Of a DNA stretch of 35,224 nucleotides, positions 27,902 to 35,224 are shown piece by piece; the stretch's first letter is position 1, and the number at the start of each line of letters is the position of its first letter. The translations under genes were made by a program, and so were the position numbers. Source of the DNA: Burkholderiales bacterium (lineage in GTDB: Bacteria > Pseudomonadota > Gammaproteobacteria > Burkholderiales > SG8-41). The DNA lies in NCBI GenBank assembly GCA_046595235.1, contig JBKJPI010000236.1, forward strand, positions 1-35,224, given 5' to 3'. The notes below the pieces were generated by a model, which worked only from the letters and a program-made list of their open reading frames with translations, was not told the DNA's origin and did no database searches.

Positions 27902-28675
27902 TTACTCGAAAAGTCGCTCCGGCAGTGGCAGTCCGGCGATTTCCTCGGCCGTGAGGCGTCGCTTCGGCTCCACGCCATAGCGCTCCAGCACGTGCGCGAG
28001 CTGACGTGCGTGCTGAGCCGAATGCCACGTCGAACGTTCGAGTACAGCGTGCATCGGCTGGGGCCCGTAGAACGTCGGAAGTGCTCGCGTACACGACTTG
28101 TCGTCGAGCCCCGCCCACCATTTTTCCAAACGGGCGGTGACCTCATCCCCGTAACGCGCGATGTCCGTGCCCGTCATGAACGTGCCGTCCTTCGGCGGCA
28201 CATTCGCAAGCTGGATCGCATATTCCACGCCGTCGGTCACGGTTTCGAGAAACGCTTCGCCGATGCGGAACACATGGTGCGCGAGAAGGCGAATCGCGCG
28301 ATCGCGATTTGGGATTACGCGTTCGTTGATTTTGTCGTCGGGTATCTGGCGGACGAGTCCTTGCGCAACACGCAGGACGTTGATCCACTTTACGATGAGC
28401 TCATCAGGTGGAAGCGGCGTGTGGCCCGTGCCCTGAAGACCGACAAACTCTGCAACGTCTTCGAGATTCTGGCCGAAGACGTAGCTCTCGCCTTTTGAAA
28501 CCACGGGGACGTTGCGCACGCCGAGCTTGAGCAGACGCTCGCGGCCGCCAGCGTCGTTGAGCACGTCGACGATATCGTAGTCGATGCCTTTACGCGAAAG
28601 AAACTCTTTCGCCCGGAGACAGCTGCTTCAGCCAGGCTGCGTGAAAAGCGTGAATCTGTCGGTGATCGCGTTCAT
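27902..28675 (-). CDS. Candidate selenoprotein: glutaredoxin-like (U-S-S-C) domain fused to a DinB/YfiT-like domain. In-frame TGA (28630-28628) read as Sec at codon 16
   Basis: Hand translation from ATG 28675 (AGGA RBS 7 nt upstream) gives MNAITDRFTLFTQPG-TGA-SSCLRAKEFLSRKGIDYDIVDV, which runs in frame into the ORF-track ORF 27902..28564 (LNDAGGRERLLKLGVRNVPVVSKGESYVFG...). This is a Grx fold pattern: beta1, CxxC position, helix, beta2, cis-Pro VP, GxxxxG. The C-terminal about 170 aa carry DinB-like His motifs (LLAHHVFR.., ERSTWHSAQHARQL). Total 257 codons plus stop. Confidence 0.75.
28594..28612 (-). promoter_or_regulatory. Candidate bacterial SECIS hairpin downstream of the in-frame UGA
   Basis: The mRNA reads GCGAAAGA-GUU-UCUUUCGC: an 8-bp perfect stem with a G/U-containing apical loop, starting 15 nt after the UGA. 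Confidence 0.55.
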
Positions 28676-28749
28676 AAATTCATCCTGCGGGTGAGGTGAG
28701 CTCGGAGGCTACTCCTCGCTTTGTTCGGGCGTCAAGGCAACGCACCCGA

Positions 28750-29946
28750 TCAGATCGAACCGGGCGTTACCGAACCGGGTGGGCATGCAGCAGGCGCCGC
28801 GCTCGGCACTTCGGACCGCGCGGATTCGATGATGCCGCCGCCCAGGCACACGCGGCTTTCGTACACCACCACGGACTGCCCAGGGGTCACGGCCCACTGC
28901 GCTTCCGCGAACTCGACGGTGCAGCCGTCAGCATCGACCGACACGAGTGTGCACGGCGCATCTTTCTGTCTGTAGCGCGTCTTCGCGCCATACACCCAGT
29001 GGCATGGCGGCCGGGTGCCGCTGACCCAGCTCAACTTCATTGCAGTCAGCCGGCTCGAGTAAAGCGCGCGATTCTCGCGCCCCTGCACGACGAGGAGGCG
29101 GTTGCGTTTCAGATCCTTGTCGACGACATACCATGCATCGCCATCGCCATTGACCTGCCCGCCGATCCGTAAGCCCTGGCGCTGTCCCAGCGTGTAGAAC
29201 ATGAGTCCCATGTGTTCCCCGACGAGTCGGCCGTCGAGCGAATAGATATGCCCCGGGTCGGCGGGGAGGTAACGGTTCAGAAACTCGCGGAACGGGCGCT
29301 CGCCGATGAAACAGATCCCCGTCGAGTCCTTCTTGTCGTGATTGGGGAGCGCTGCGCGCCTGGCGATTTCCCGCACCTCGCGCTTATATAAAGCACCGAT
29401 GGGAAAGATCGTTTTTGCAAGCTGTTGCTGATCGAGTCTGTAGAGGAAATAGCTTTGATCTTTCGAGCCGTCTTCCGCTTTGAGTAGCTGATGCAGGCCG
29501 TCGACTTCGCGCAACTGCGCATAGTGACCGGTTGCAATGTAGTCAGCACCGAGCGTTAGCGCATGATCGAGAAAGGCGCGAAACTTGATCTCTGCATTGC
29601 AGAGGACATCGGGGTTCGGAGTGCGGCCCGCCTGATATTCGGCGAGGAACTCGGTGAATACCCTGTCTTTGTACTCCGCGGAGAAATTTACCGCCTCGAT
29701 TTCTATATCGAGGGCAGTGGCGGCGGCGACAGCGTCAATGAGATCCGTGCGGGAGCTGCAGTAATCATCAGTGTCATCGTCCTCCCAATTCTTCATGAAG
29801 AGCCCGATGACATCATGTCCCGCTTCCTTGAGCAGGAGAGCGGCCACCGATGAGTCGACGCCCCCGGACATACCGACGACGATGCGTTTGCGTGGTTTTA
29901 TGGCGATGACGAGTGGGGATCTACAGTCGGCGGTGGGGAGCCCCAC
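28750..29946 (-). CDS. mnmA: tRNA 2-thiouridine(34) synthase MnmA
   Basis: PP-loop [11 protein letters not shown], the DYCS Cys, KDQSYFL and C-terminal GGGII. GTG start, exact position uncertain. Confidence 0.9.
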   Translation of the reverse strand: MGLPTADCRSPLVIAIKPRKRIVVGMSGGVDSSVAALLLKEAGHDVIGLFMKNWEDDDTDDYCSSRTDLIDAVAAATALDIEIEAVNFSAEYKDRVFTEFLAEYQAGRTPNPDVLCNAEIKFRAFLDHALTLGADYIATGHYAQLREVDGLHQLLKAEDGSKDQSYFLYRLDQQQLAKTIFPIGALYKREVREIARRAALPNHDKKDSTGICFIGERPFREFLNRYLPADPGHIYSLDGRLVGEHMGLMFYTLGQRQGLRIGGQVNGDGDAWYVVDKDLKRNRLLVVQGRENRALYSSRLTAMKLSWVSGTRPPCHWVYGAKTRYRQKDAPCTLVSVDADGCTVEFAEAQWAVTPGQSVVVYESRVCLGGGIIESARSEVPSAAPAACPPGSVTPGSI

Positions 29947-29996
29947 CTGCTGACGCCGGTTATTCTAGCTCGCGCGACCGAGCAAGAGATTCAGAC

Positions 29997-30605
29997 TCAT
30001 CGGCGGCGCCGCACGCGGAGCACGTGAGGCTGCGCCAGATTGCCGGTGTCCGCCTCCCGCCACTCGCCAGGTGCGAGGCCGCCGAGATTCCACACACCGA
30101 CGGCGTATCGTATAAGCCGCAACGTCGGCAATCCGACCGCGGCCGTCATGTGCCGGACCTGCCGGTTCTTACCTTCTGACAAGTGAAGTTCGATCCAGGC
30201 GGTAGGAATTTCGCGCCGGACTCGAATGGGAGGCGTTCGCGGCCAGAGCCACGACGGCTCTTCAACGGCGCAGGCCTGTGCAGGCCGCGATGTATAGCCG
30301 GCCAGTGCAACGCCTCTGCCAAGCAGTGCGAGCGCATGCTCCGTCACGTGACCCTCGACCTGCGCGTAATACGTTTTAACGAGCTTGTCGCGCGGATCGC
30401 TGATTATCTTTTGCAGCCTGCCGTCAGCCGTCAGCACGACCAATCCCTCGCTGTCTGCGTCGAGCCGCCCTGCCGGGTAGACATCGCGTTGAGGCAGGAA
30501 ATCGCGCAGCGTTGCACGACCGCCGTCAGCGCTGAATTGGCAGATGACGCCGAAGGGCTTGTTCAGGAGAACGACGGTCGCTGGCCCGGCCGATGGATCA
30601 CTCAC
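29997..30605 (-). CDS. rluE: 23S rRNA pseudouridine synthase RluE
   Basis: Near-collinear with E. coli RluE: LNKPFGV..QF, AGRLDADSEGL, YYAQVEG, EGKNRQVRHMTAAVG.PTLRLIRYA. GTG start. Confidence 0.88.
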   Translation of the reverse strand: MSDPSAGPATVVLLNKPFGVICQFSADGGRATLRDFLPQRDVYPAGRLDADSEGLVVLTADGRLQKIISDPRDKLVKTYYAQVEGHVTEHALALLGRGVALAGYTSRPAQACAVEEPSWLWPRTPPIRVRREIPTAWIELHLSEGKNRQVRHMTAAVGLPTLRLIRYAVGVWNLGGLAPGEWREADTGNLAQPHVLRVRRRR

Positions 30606-30851
30606 AGTTGTATCTCCACATCCCGCTCAGGAAGGTCGGCGCGCGTATCTGACGCACCTGCCGACCGGCAGCAAGGCGCGGTCCCGACCAGCCAATTTAA
30701 AATCTAGAGGTCAAACGGTATAATTTGCGCTTTCCGCGGCCTTCCTCTCTGCTCGCGGCCCGCGCCGAAGTTTCGGTGCTGCGTCAGAGCGCCCGTTAGA
30801 CCGCCCCGACCGGCACACCGCCCCAACACCCTCGAACGGACAAGGACAATC

Positions 30852-32228
30852 ATGACTGAACGACTCGATCTTCTGAAGATCGCGCAGGAAGAACAGAGCG
30901 GTGACCTCTTCAAGCTGCTTGACACCATATACAAGCGGTCGAAAGTGCAACCCAGCGGGATTTCCGACGCGGTCATCTGGGAAGGCGGAAGCGCCTCGGG
31001 CAACGTGAAGCCCGTAGCTCACGCATTTACCGACATGTTCGCGCTGAACGGCACCATCATGGCGCTCGACGTTCTGGGTCTGCCTTTCCTCGCGGTGCCG
31101 ATGATGGCGCAGTACCGCCACGATACGAAGCTTGCTTCGCTGGACTGGTTCGGCAAGCTCGACGCGACCGCGATCAAGTGGTCGACCGCCGGTGACGCAA
31201 TGGTCAACGACAACGGCAAGAAAGTCGTCGTGATGGGTAAGTCGGCAAACGCGCCGCTGCGCACCGCCGCCGGCGTCTACTGCAACGTGAGGCCGTACGG
31301 CGGCATCACGAACGTGCGCTTCATGCCCGGTCTTCCTTATTCTCAGGACAACAAGAAATTCAAGGTCGAGCGCGAGACCGGAAACATCCACTCCGAGATG
31401 AACACGCCCGGCATTCGCATGGCCTATGCCGCGCGGTTGTTCCTGAAGCTGGTGAACGATACGGGGCACATCGGGCGCATTGCGACAAAGCCTACGCAGG
31501 CAAAGGAAGATGCGGTAAACGCTGGCATCATGCGCTGGCTGCTCCAGGGCACGAAGTTCAAGCTAGGACGCAAGTATGTGGTCGACGCCTACCAAGAGCA
31601 CCGTGAAAACGTCGACGCGATCGTCTCGTTGCTGCCGAAAGACTTCAAAGCGGGCATGGAAAGCTGGGGCGGCGAAGTTCACGAGCACATCTCGGATACG
31701 AACTTCGGTCTGCTGCTGCACGACATGATCAACCAGCGTCCGGCAATCATCTATGCGACCGACCTTGATGGCGATCGCCTGACCGACCTCATGGCGGATG
31801 CGCCCGACGTGCTGCGCGCGTGGGGGCAGCTCGTGCTTGACCACGTCAAGGCCGGCACCGATATGAAGAAGGTGTGGAAGGACATGGGCTTCACCATGAC
31901 CAATGGCAAGGACATGACAAGCGTCATGTACCGTATTCATGGCGCGCCTATTTTCGAGCAGACGCTCGGTTCTGCTGATGCGATGCTGCTTCGCCTGCTG
32001 GACGGCGACGAGACGGTTGGCGGTGAGAAGCAGCCGTACGACCCGCGCATTCACTTCGTGCTGATCAACGAAGCTTACAAGGCCGCGAATCCGGGGAACA
32101 CTCAGCTTGCCGGCTGGCTCGATGCGCAGCTTCAGACGTTCGACAAGATTTACAGCAGTCAGCGCCCGCGCTACCTCGACGGCTACAGCAAACTGAAGGA
32201 CGCGATCAAACCGTGGGGCATGAAATAA
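30852..32228 (+). CDS. Hypothetical soluble protein, 458 aa, family not recognised
   Basis: Long ORF with protein-like, Lys/Asp-rich balanced composition. The antisense 252-aa ORF is Arg/His-rich junk. A strong terminator follows. No motifs I can assign. Confidence 0.75.
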   Translation: MTERLDLLKIAQEEQSGDLFKLLDTIYKRSKVQPSGISDAVIWEGGSASGNVKPVAHAFTDMFALNGTIMALDVLGLPFLAVPMMAQYRHDTKLASLDWFGKLDATAIKWSTAGDAMVNDNGKKVVVMGKSANAPLRTAAGVYCNVRPYGGITNVRFMPGLPYSQDNKKFKVERETGNIHSEMNTPGIRMAYAARLFLKLVNDTGHIGRIATKPTQAKEDAVNAGIMRWLLQGTKFKLGRKYVVDAYQEHRENVDAIVSLLPKDFKAGMESWGGEVHEHISDTNFGLLLHDMINQRPAIIYATDLDGDRLTDLMADAPDVLRAWGQLVLDHVKAGTDMKKVWKDMGFTMTNGKDMTSVMYRIHGAPIFEQTLGSADAMLLRLLDGDETVGGEKQPYDPRIHFVLINEAYKAANPGNTQLAGWLDAQLQTFDKIYSSQRPRYLDGYSKLKDAIKPWGMK

Positions 32229-32364
32229 CGTCAGGCGCGCAGCGCGGCGAGCGTACAGGAAAAGAGATTACGGAGAGAAACCTGGGTTTCCTTCTCTTCG
32301 TCTGACACCGAGGCCCGGGCGCAGAGCCCGAGCGCTGCGATCGAATCCTCCTCCCCAAAGCAAA

Positions 32365-32397
32365 GCCCACTCGGACGTAAGGCCAGTGGGCTTTTTT
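32365..32397 (+). terminator. Rho-independent terminator after the 458-aa gene
   Basis: GCCCACT, 13-nt loop, AGTGGGC, then TTTTTT. Confidence 0.65.
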
Positions 32398-32438
32398 AGT
32401 CTGTGCTCAAGGCCGGGGGGCTCCGGCGTGGCGGTCTG

Positions 32439-32642
32439 CTAGACGGCCTGAATATTTGACGCTTGCTTACCCTTCGGGCCTTGCGTCACCTCGAAGGATA
32501 CTTTTTGGCCTTCCTTCAGCGTTTTGAAACCGCCCATCTGGATGGCCGAGAAGTGTGCGAAGAGGTCTTCACTACCGTCATCCGGGGTGATGAAGCCATA
32601 GCCTTTCGCATCGTTGAACCATTTCACAGTACCGGTTGCCAT
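32439..32642 (-). CDS. cspD: Cold-shock domain protein (CspA/CspD family)
   Basis: [34 protein letters not shown] carries the RNP1/RNP2 motifs. The symbol rests on the conserved divergent position next to clpS-clpA. The ORF-track 5' extension to 32759 is rejected. Confidence 0.9.
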   Translation of the reverse strand: MATGTVKWFNDAKGYGFITPDDGSEDLFAHFSAIQMGGFKTLKEGQKVSFEVTQGPKGKQASNIQAV

Positions 32643-32891
32643 ACACGTTCCTTTGCTGCGAAAAAACGGGCCGCCAAGCCCGCCATTTGTCTGGATTTCA
32701 AGCGTCGCATCCAACGTTGAATTCAACGTCTTCCACTGCGAAAACCTGAAGCCAAACACCCGATTGCTTTCTAGGCTATCTCAAAGTGGAAGTCAAGTAT
32801 ACTCAGGTGAGGTAGGTGGCAAATCTACTTGATTTCTCCGCGATAACGTCCAAAATAGTCAGCGAAGGTCGGGATTAAACGTTCTACGGGT

Positions 32892-33200
32892 ATGGCGACG
32901 AGGCAACGTGAAGATACCGTCCTGGAGGCAAAGAAAAGCCGTACCAAGCCTCCGTCGATGTTCAAGGTTCTGATACTGAACGACGACTACACGCCGATGG
33001 ACTTCGTAGTACTGGTTCTGCAGAAGATCTTCGCGCTCAGCCGCGAGCAGGCAACTCAGGTCATGCTTAAGGTGCACCGGGAAGGAATGGGGGTGTGCGG
33101 GGTTTACCCCAAAGACGTGGCTGCAACCAAAGTAGAGCAGGTACGGTCTTATGCAAAGCAGCACCAGCATCCGTTACAGTGTGTAATGGAAGAAAACTGA
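32892..33200 (+). CDS. clpS: ATP-dependent Clp protease adaptor ClpS
   Basis: [23 protein letters not shown]......A...ML.VH..G...CG is the canonical ClpS core. Confidence 0.93.
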   Translation: MATRQREDTVLEAKKSRTKPPSMFKVLILNDDYTPMDFVVLVLQKIFALSREQATQVMLKVHREGMGVCGVYPKDVAATKVEQVRSYAKQHQHPLQCVMEEN

Positions 33201-33215
33201 AGGCACGCCAGACAC

Positions 33216-35224
33216 ATGATCGCTCAGGAACTGGAAGTCAGCCTGCACATGGCATTCATGGAAGCCCGCCAGAAGCGCCATGAATTCATTACGGTTGAGC
33301 ATCTCCTGCTTGCACTGCTCGATAATCCCTCCGCGTCGGAAGTGCTGCGCGCATGCGCGGCGGACATAGACGACCTGCGGAAGCTTCTCTCCGACTTTGT
33401 TACCGAGCACACCCCGATACTGGCGGGGGATGATGTCGACACGCAGCCCACGCTCGGCTTCCAGCGCGTGATTCAGCGCGCCATCCTGCACGTACAGTCA
33501 TCGGGCAAGAAAGAGGTCACCGGGGCAAATGTCCTCGTTGCGATCTTCGGCGAGAAGGATTCGCACGCCGTCTATTTCCTGCATCAGAAAGGCGTGACCC
33601 GCCTCGACGTGGTCAATTTTATTTCGCACGGCATCAGCAAGGTGCCTCAGGCGCAGCAGGCGAAGACAGAGAGTGATTCCGAAACGGAGCACGAAGCTCA
33701 GCCGGGCGGGGCACTCGAGAACTACACGCTGAACCTGAACGCGCTCGCGCTTTCCGGCAAAATCGATCCGCTCATTGGCCGCGACAAAGAGCTCGAACGC
33801 GTGGTGCAGACGCTGTGCCGCCGCCGCAAGAATAATCCGCTGCTCGTGGGCGAAGCCGGTGTTGGCAAAACCGCCATTGCGGAAGGTCTTGCCCGCCGCA
33901 TCGTCGAAGGCGACGTCCCGGATATCCTCAAGAAGAGCAACGTCTACTCGCTCGATATGGGCGCGCTGCTCGCCGGCACGAAATATCGCGGTGATTTTGA
34001 GCAGCGCCTGAAGTCAGTGCTCAAGCAACTGCTCGACAATCCGCATGCGATCCTTTTTATCGACGAGATTCACACGCTCATCGGCGCGGGCGCTGCTTCG
34101 GGCGGAACTCTGGACGCTTCGAACCTGCTAAAGCCGGCCCTCTCCACGGGCCAGCTGAAGTGCATCGGCGCAACGACTTATCAGGAATATCGCGGCGTCT
34201 TCGAGAAAGATCACGCGCTGTCGCGGCGGTTCCAGAAAGTCGACGTGATCGAGCCCACTGTCGCCGAGACGGTGCTCATTCTCAAAGGCCTCAAGTCACG
34301 CTTCGAGTCCCACCATGGCGTCAAGTACCAGCCCTCAGCGCTAACTGCGGCGGCCGAGCTTTCGGCCCGCTTTATCAACGACCGTCACTTGCCGGATAAG
34401 GCGATCGACGTCATCGACGAGGCCGGAGCGGCACAGAAAATCCTGCCAAAGTCGAAGCAGAAGCGTGTGATCAGCAAACACGAGATCGAAGAGATCATCG
34501 CGAAGATCACGCGTATTCCAGCACAAACCGTCTCGTCCGACGACCGCAGCGCATTGAAAAACCTCGACCGTGATCTGAAGACCACCGTCTTCGGTCAGGA
34601 CAAGGCGATCGACGCTCTTGCCGCCGCCATCAAGATGGCGCGCAGCGGCCTCGGTAACCCGCAAAAGCCGATCGGGTCTTTCCTCTTCAGCGGCCCCACA
34701 GGCGTCGGAAAAACAGAGGTCGCACGCCAGCTCGCTTACACCATGGGTGTGGAGCTGATCCGTTTCGATATGTCGGAGTATATGGAGCGTCACGCGGTGT
34801 CGCGGCTTATCGGCGCGCCTCCAGGATATGTCGGCTTCGATCAGGGCGGATTACTCACCGAGCAGGTCACCAAGCATCCGTATTCTGTCCTTCTCCTCGA
34901 CGAGATCGAGAAAGCGCATCCCGACGTCTTCAACATCATGCTGCAGGTGATGGATCACGGCACACTCACGGACAACAACGGGCGCAAAGCTGATTTTCGC
35001 AATGTTGCGATCATCATGACAACCAACGCCGGTGCGTCGGAACTTTCGAAAACGTCGATGGGCTTTACCCAAAGCAAGCAGTCGGGCGACGAGATGGGCG
35101 AAATCAAGCGCCTGTTTACTCCGGAATTCCGCAACCGGCTCGATGCGATCATCTCCTTTCAGGCATTGGATCGGGAGATCATCCTGCGCGTGGTCGACAA
35201 ATTTCTCATGCAGCTCGAAGATCA
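33216..35224 (+). CDS. clpA: ATP-dependent Clp protease ATP-binding subunit ClpA (3'-truncated at the window edge)
   Basis: Not in the ORF track because it has no stop in the window. ATG 33216 gives [38 protein letters not shown]. Downstream are Walker [10 protein letters not shown] and the second AAA+ module GPTGVGKTE. Confidence 0.93.
   Translation, partial: MIAQELEVSLHMAFMEARQKRHEFITVEHLLLALLDNPSASEVLRACAADIDDLRKLLSDFVTEHTPILAGDDVDTQPTLGFQRVIQRAILHVQSSGKKEVTGANVLVAIFGEKDSHAVYFLHQKGVTRLDVVNFISHGISKVPQAQQAKTESDSETEHEAQPGGALENYTLNLNALALSGKIDPLIGRDKELERVVQTLCRRRKNNPLLVGEAGVGKTAIAEGLARRIVEGDVPDILKKSNVYSLDMGALLAGTKYRGDFEQRLKSVLKQLLDNPHAILFIDEIHTLIGAGAASGGTLDASNLLKPALSTGQLKCIGATTYQEYRGVFEKDHALSRRFQKVDVIEPTVAETVLILKGLKSRFESHHGVKYQPSALTAAAELSARFINDRHLPDKAIDVIDEAGAAQKILPKSKQKRVISKHEIEEIIAKITRIPAQTVSSDDRSALKNLDRDLKTTVFGQDKAIDALAAAIKMARSGLGNPQKPIGSFLFSGPTGVGKTEVARQLAYTMGVELIRFDMSEYMERHAVSRLIGAPPGYVGFDQGGLLTEQVTKHPYSVLLLDEIEKAHPDVFNIMLQVMDHGTLTDNNGRKADFRNVAIIMTTNAGASELSKTSMGFTQSKQSGDEMGEIKRLFTPEFRNRLDAIISFQALDREIILRVVDKFLMQLED

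Noticed and set aside
27875-28498. 207-aa plus-strand ORF opposite the selenoprotein gene
   Set aside because: Arg-rich with no recognisable fold. The minus-strand frame has the Grx and DinB signatures, an RBS and a terminator.
28628-28630. The TGA as a simple nonsense mutation or pseudogene, or the true gene start being GTG 28564
   Set aside because: I cannot fully exclude this without homologues. I disfavour it because the TGA falls exactly on the catalytic Cys slot of an otherwise intact Grx motif, the upstream ATG has a good RBS, a hairpin follows at SECIS distance, and the complete Sec machinery is adjacent.
30711-31469. 252-aa minus-strand ORF
   Set aside because: Shadow of the 458-aa plus-strand gene, with His/Arg/Val-rich junk composition.

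Overview
High-GC proteobacterial chromosomal window. Gene content and synteny look betaproteobacterial/Burkholderiales-like: divergent uvrA/ssb, FmdB-DUF502-aspS-nudB, a Bug/TctC-family binding protein, and csp-clpS-clpA. I support about 32 protein genes, one tRNA and several intrinsic terminators. I saw no CRISPR array, IS element, integrase or phage genes. Most of the window is housekeeping or envelope functions. The stand-out is a co-directional minus-strand selenium block at 23152-28675. It starts with a gene whose true 5' end the ORF track misses because codon 16 is an in-frame TGA. That TGA sits at the first position of a glutaredoxin-type CxxC motif (read as U-S-S-C), and an 8-bp hairpin lies 15 nt downstream (SECIS candidate). 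The block continues with selA, selB (ATGA-coupled to selA), a thioredoxin-reductase-like flavoprotein (CADC active site) and tRNA-Sec (UCA anticodon, 8/5 acceptor/T-stem architecture). The recoded protein appears to fuse a Grx-like domain to a DinB/YfiT-like four-helix-bundle domain. No formate dehydrogenase or other classical selenoprotein gene is present in the window. I propose a self-contained Sec-decoding plus Sec-redox module (selenoprotein plus dedicated reductase). Secondary observations: a frameshifted two-PDZ DegP/DegQ protease gene; an RNase Sa/barstar pair translationally coupled into the aspS-nudB operon; an orphan strong terminator and structured leader upstream of pbpG; a 458-aa protein I cannot assign to any family; an EgtD-like methyltransferase with no adjacent EgtB; and a terminator-like hairpin in the csp 5' UTR.
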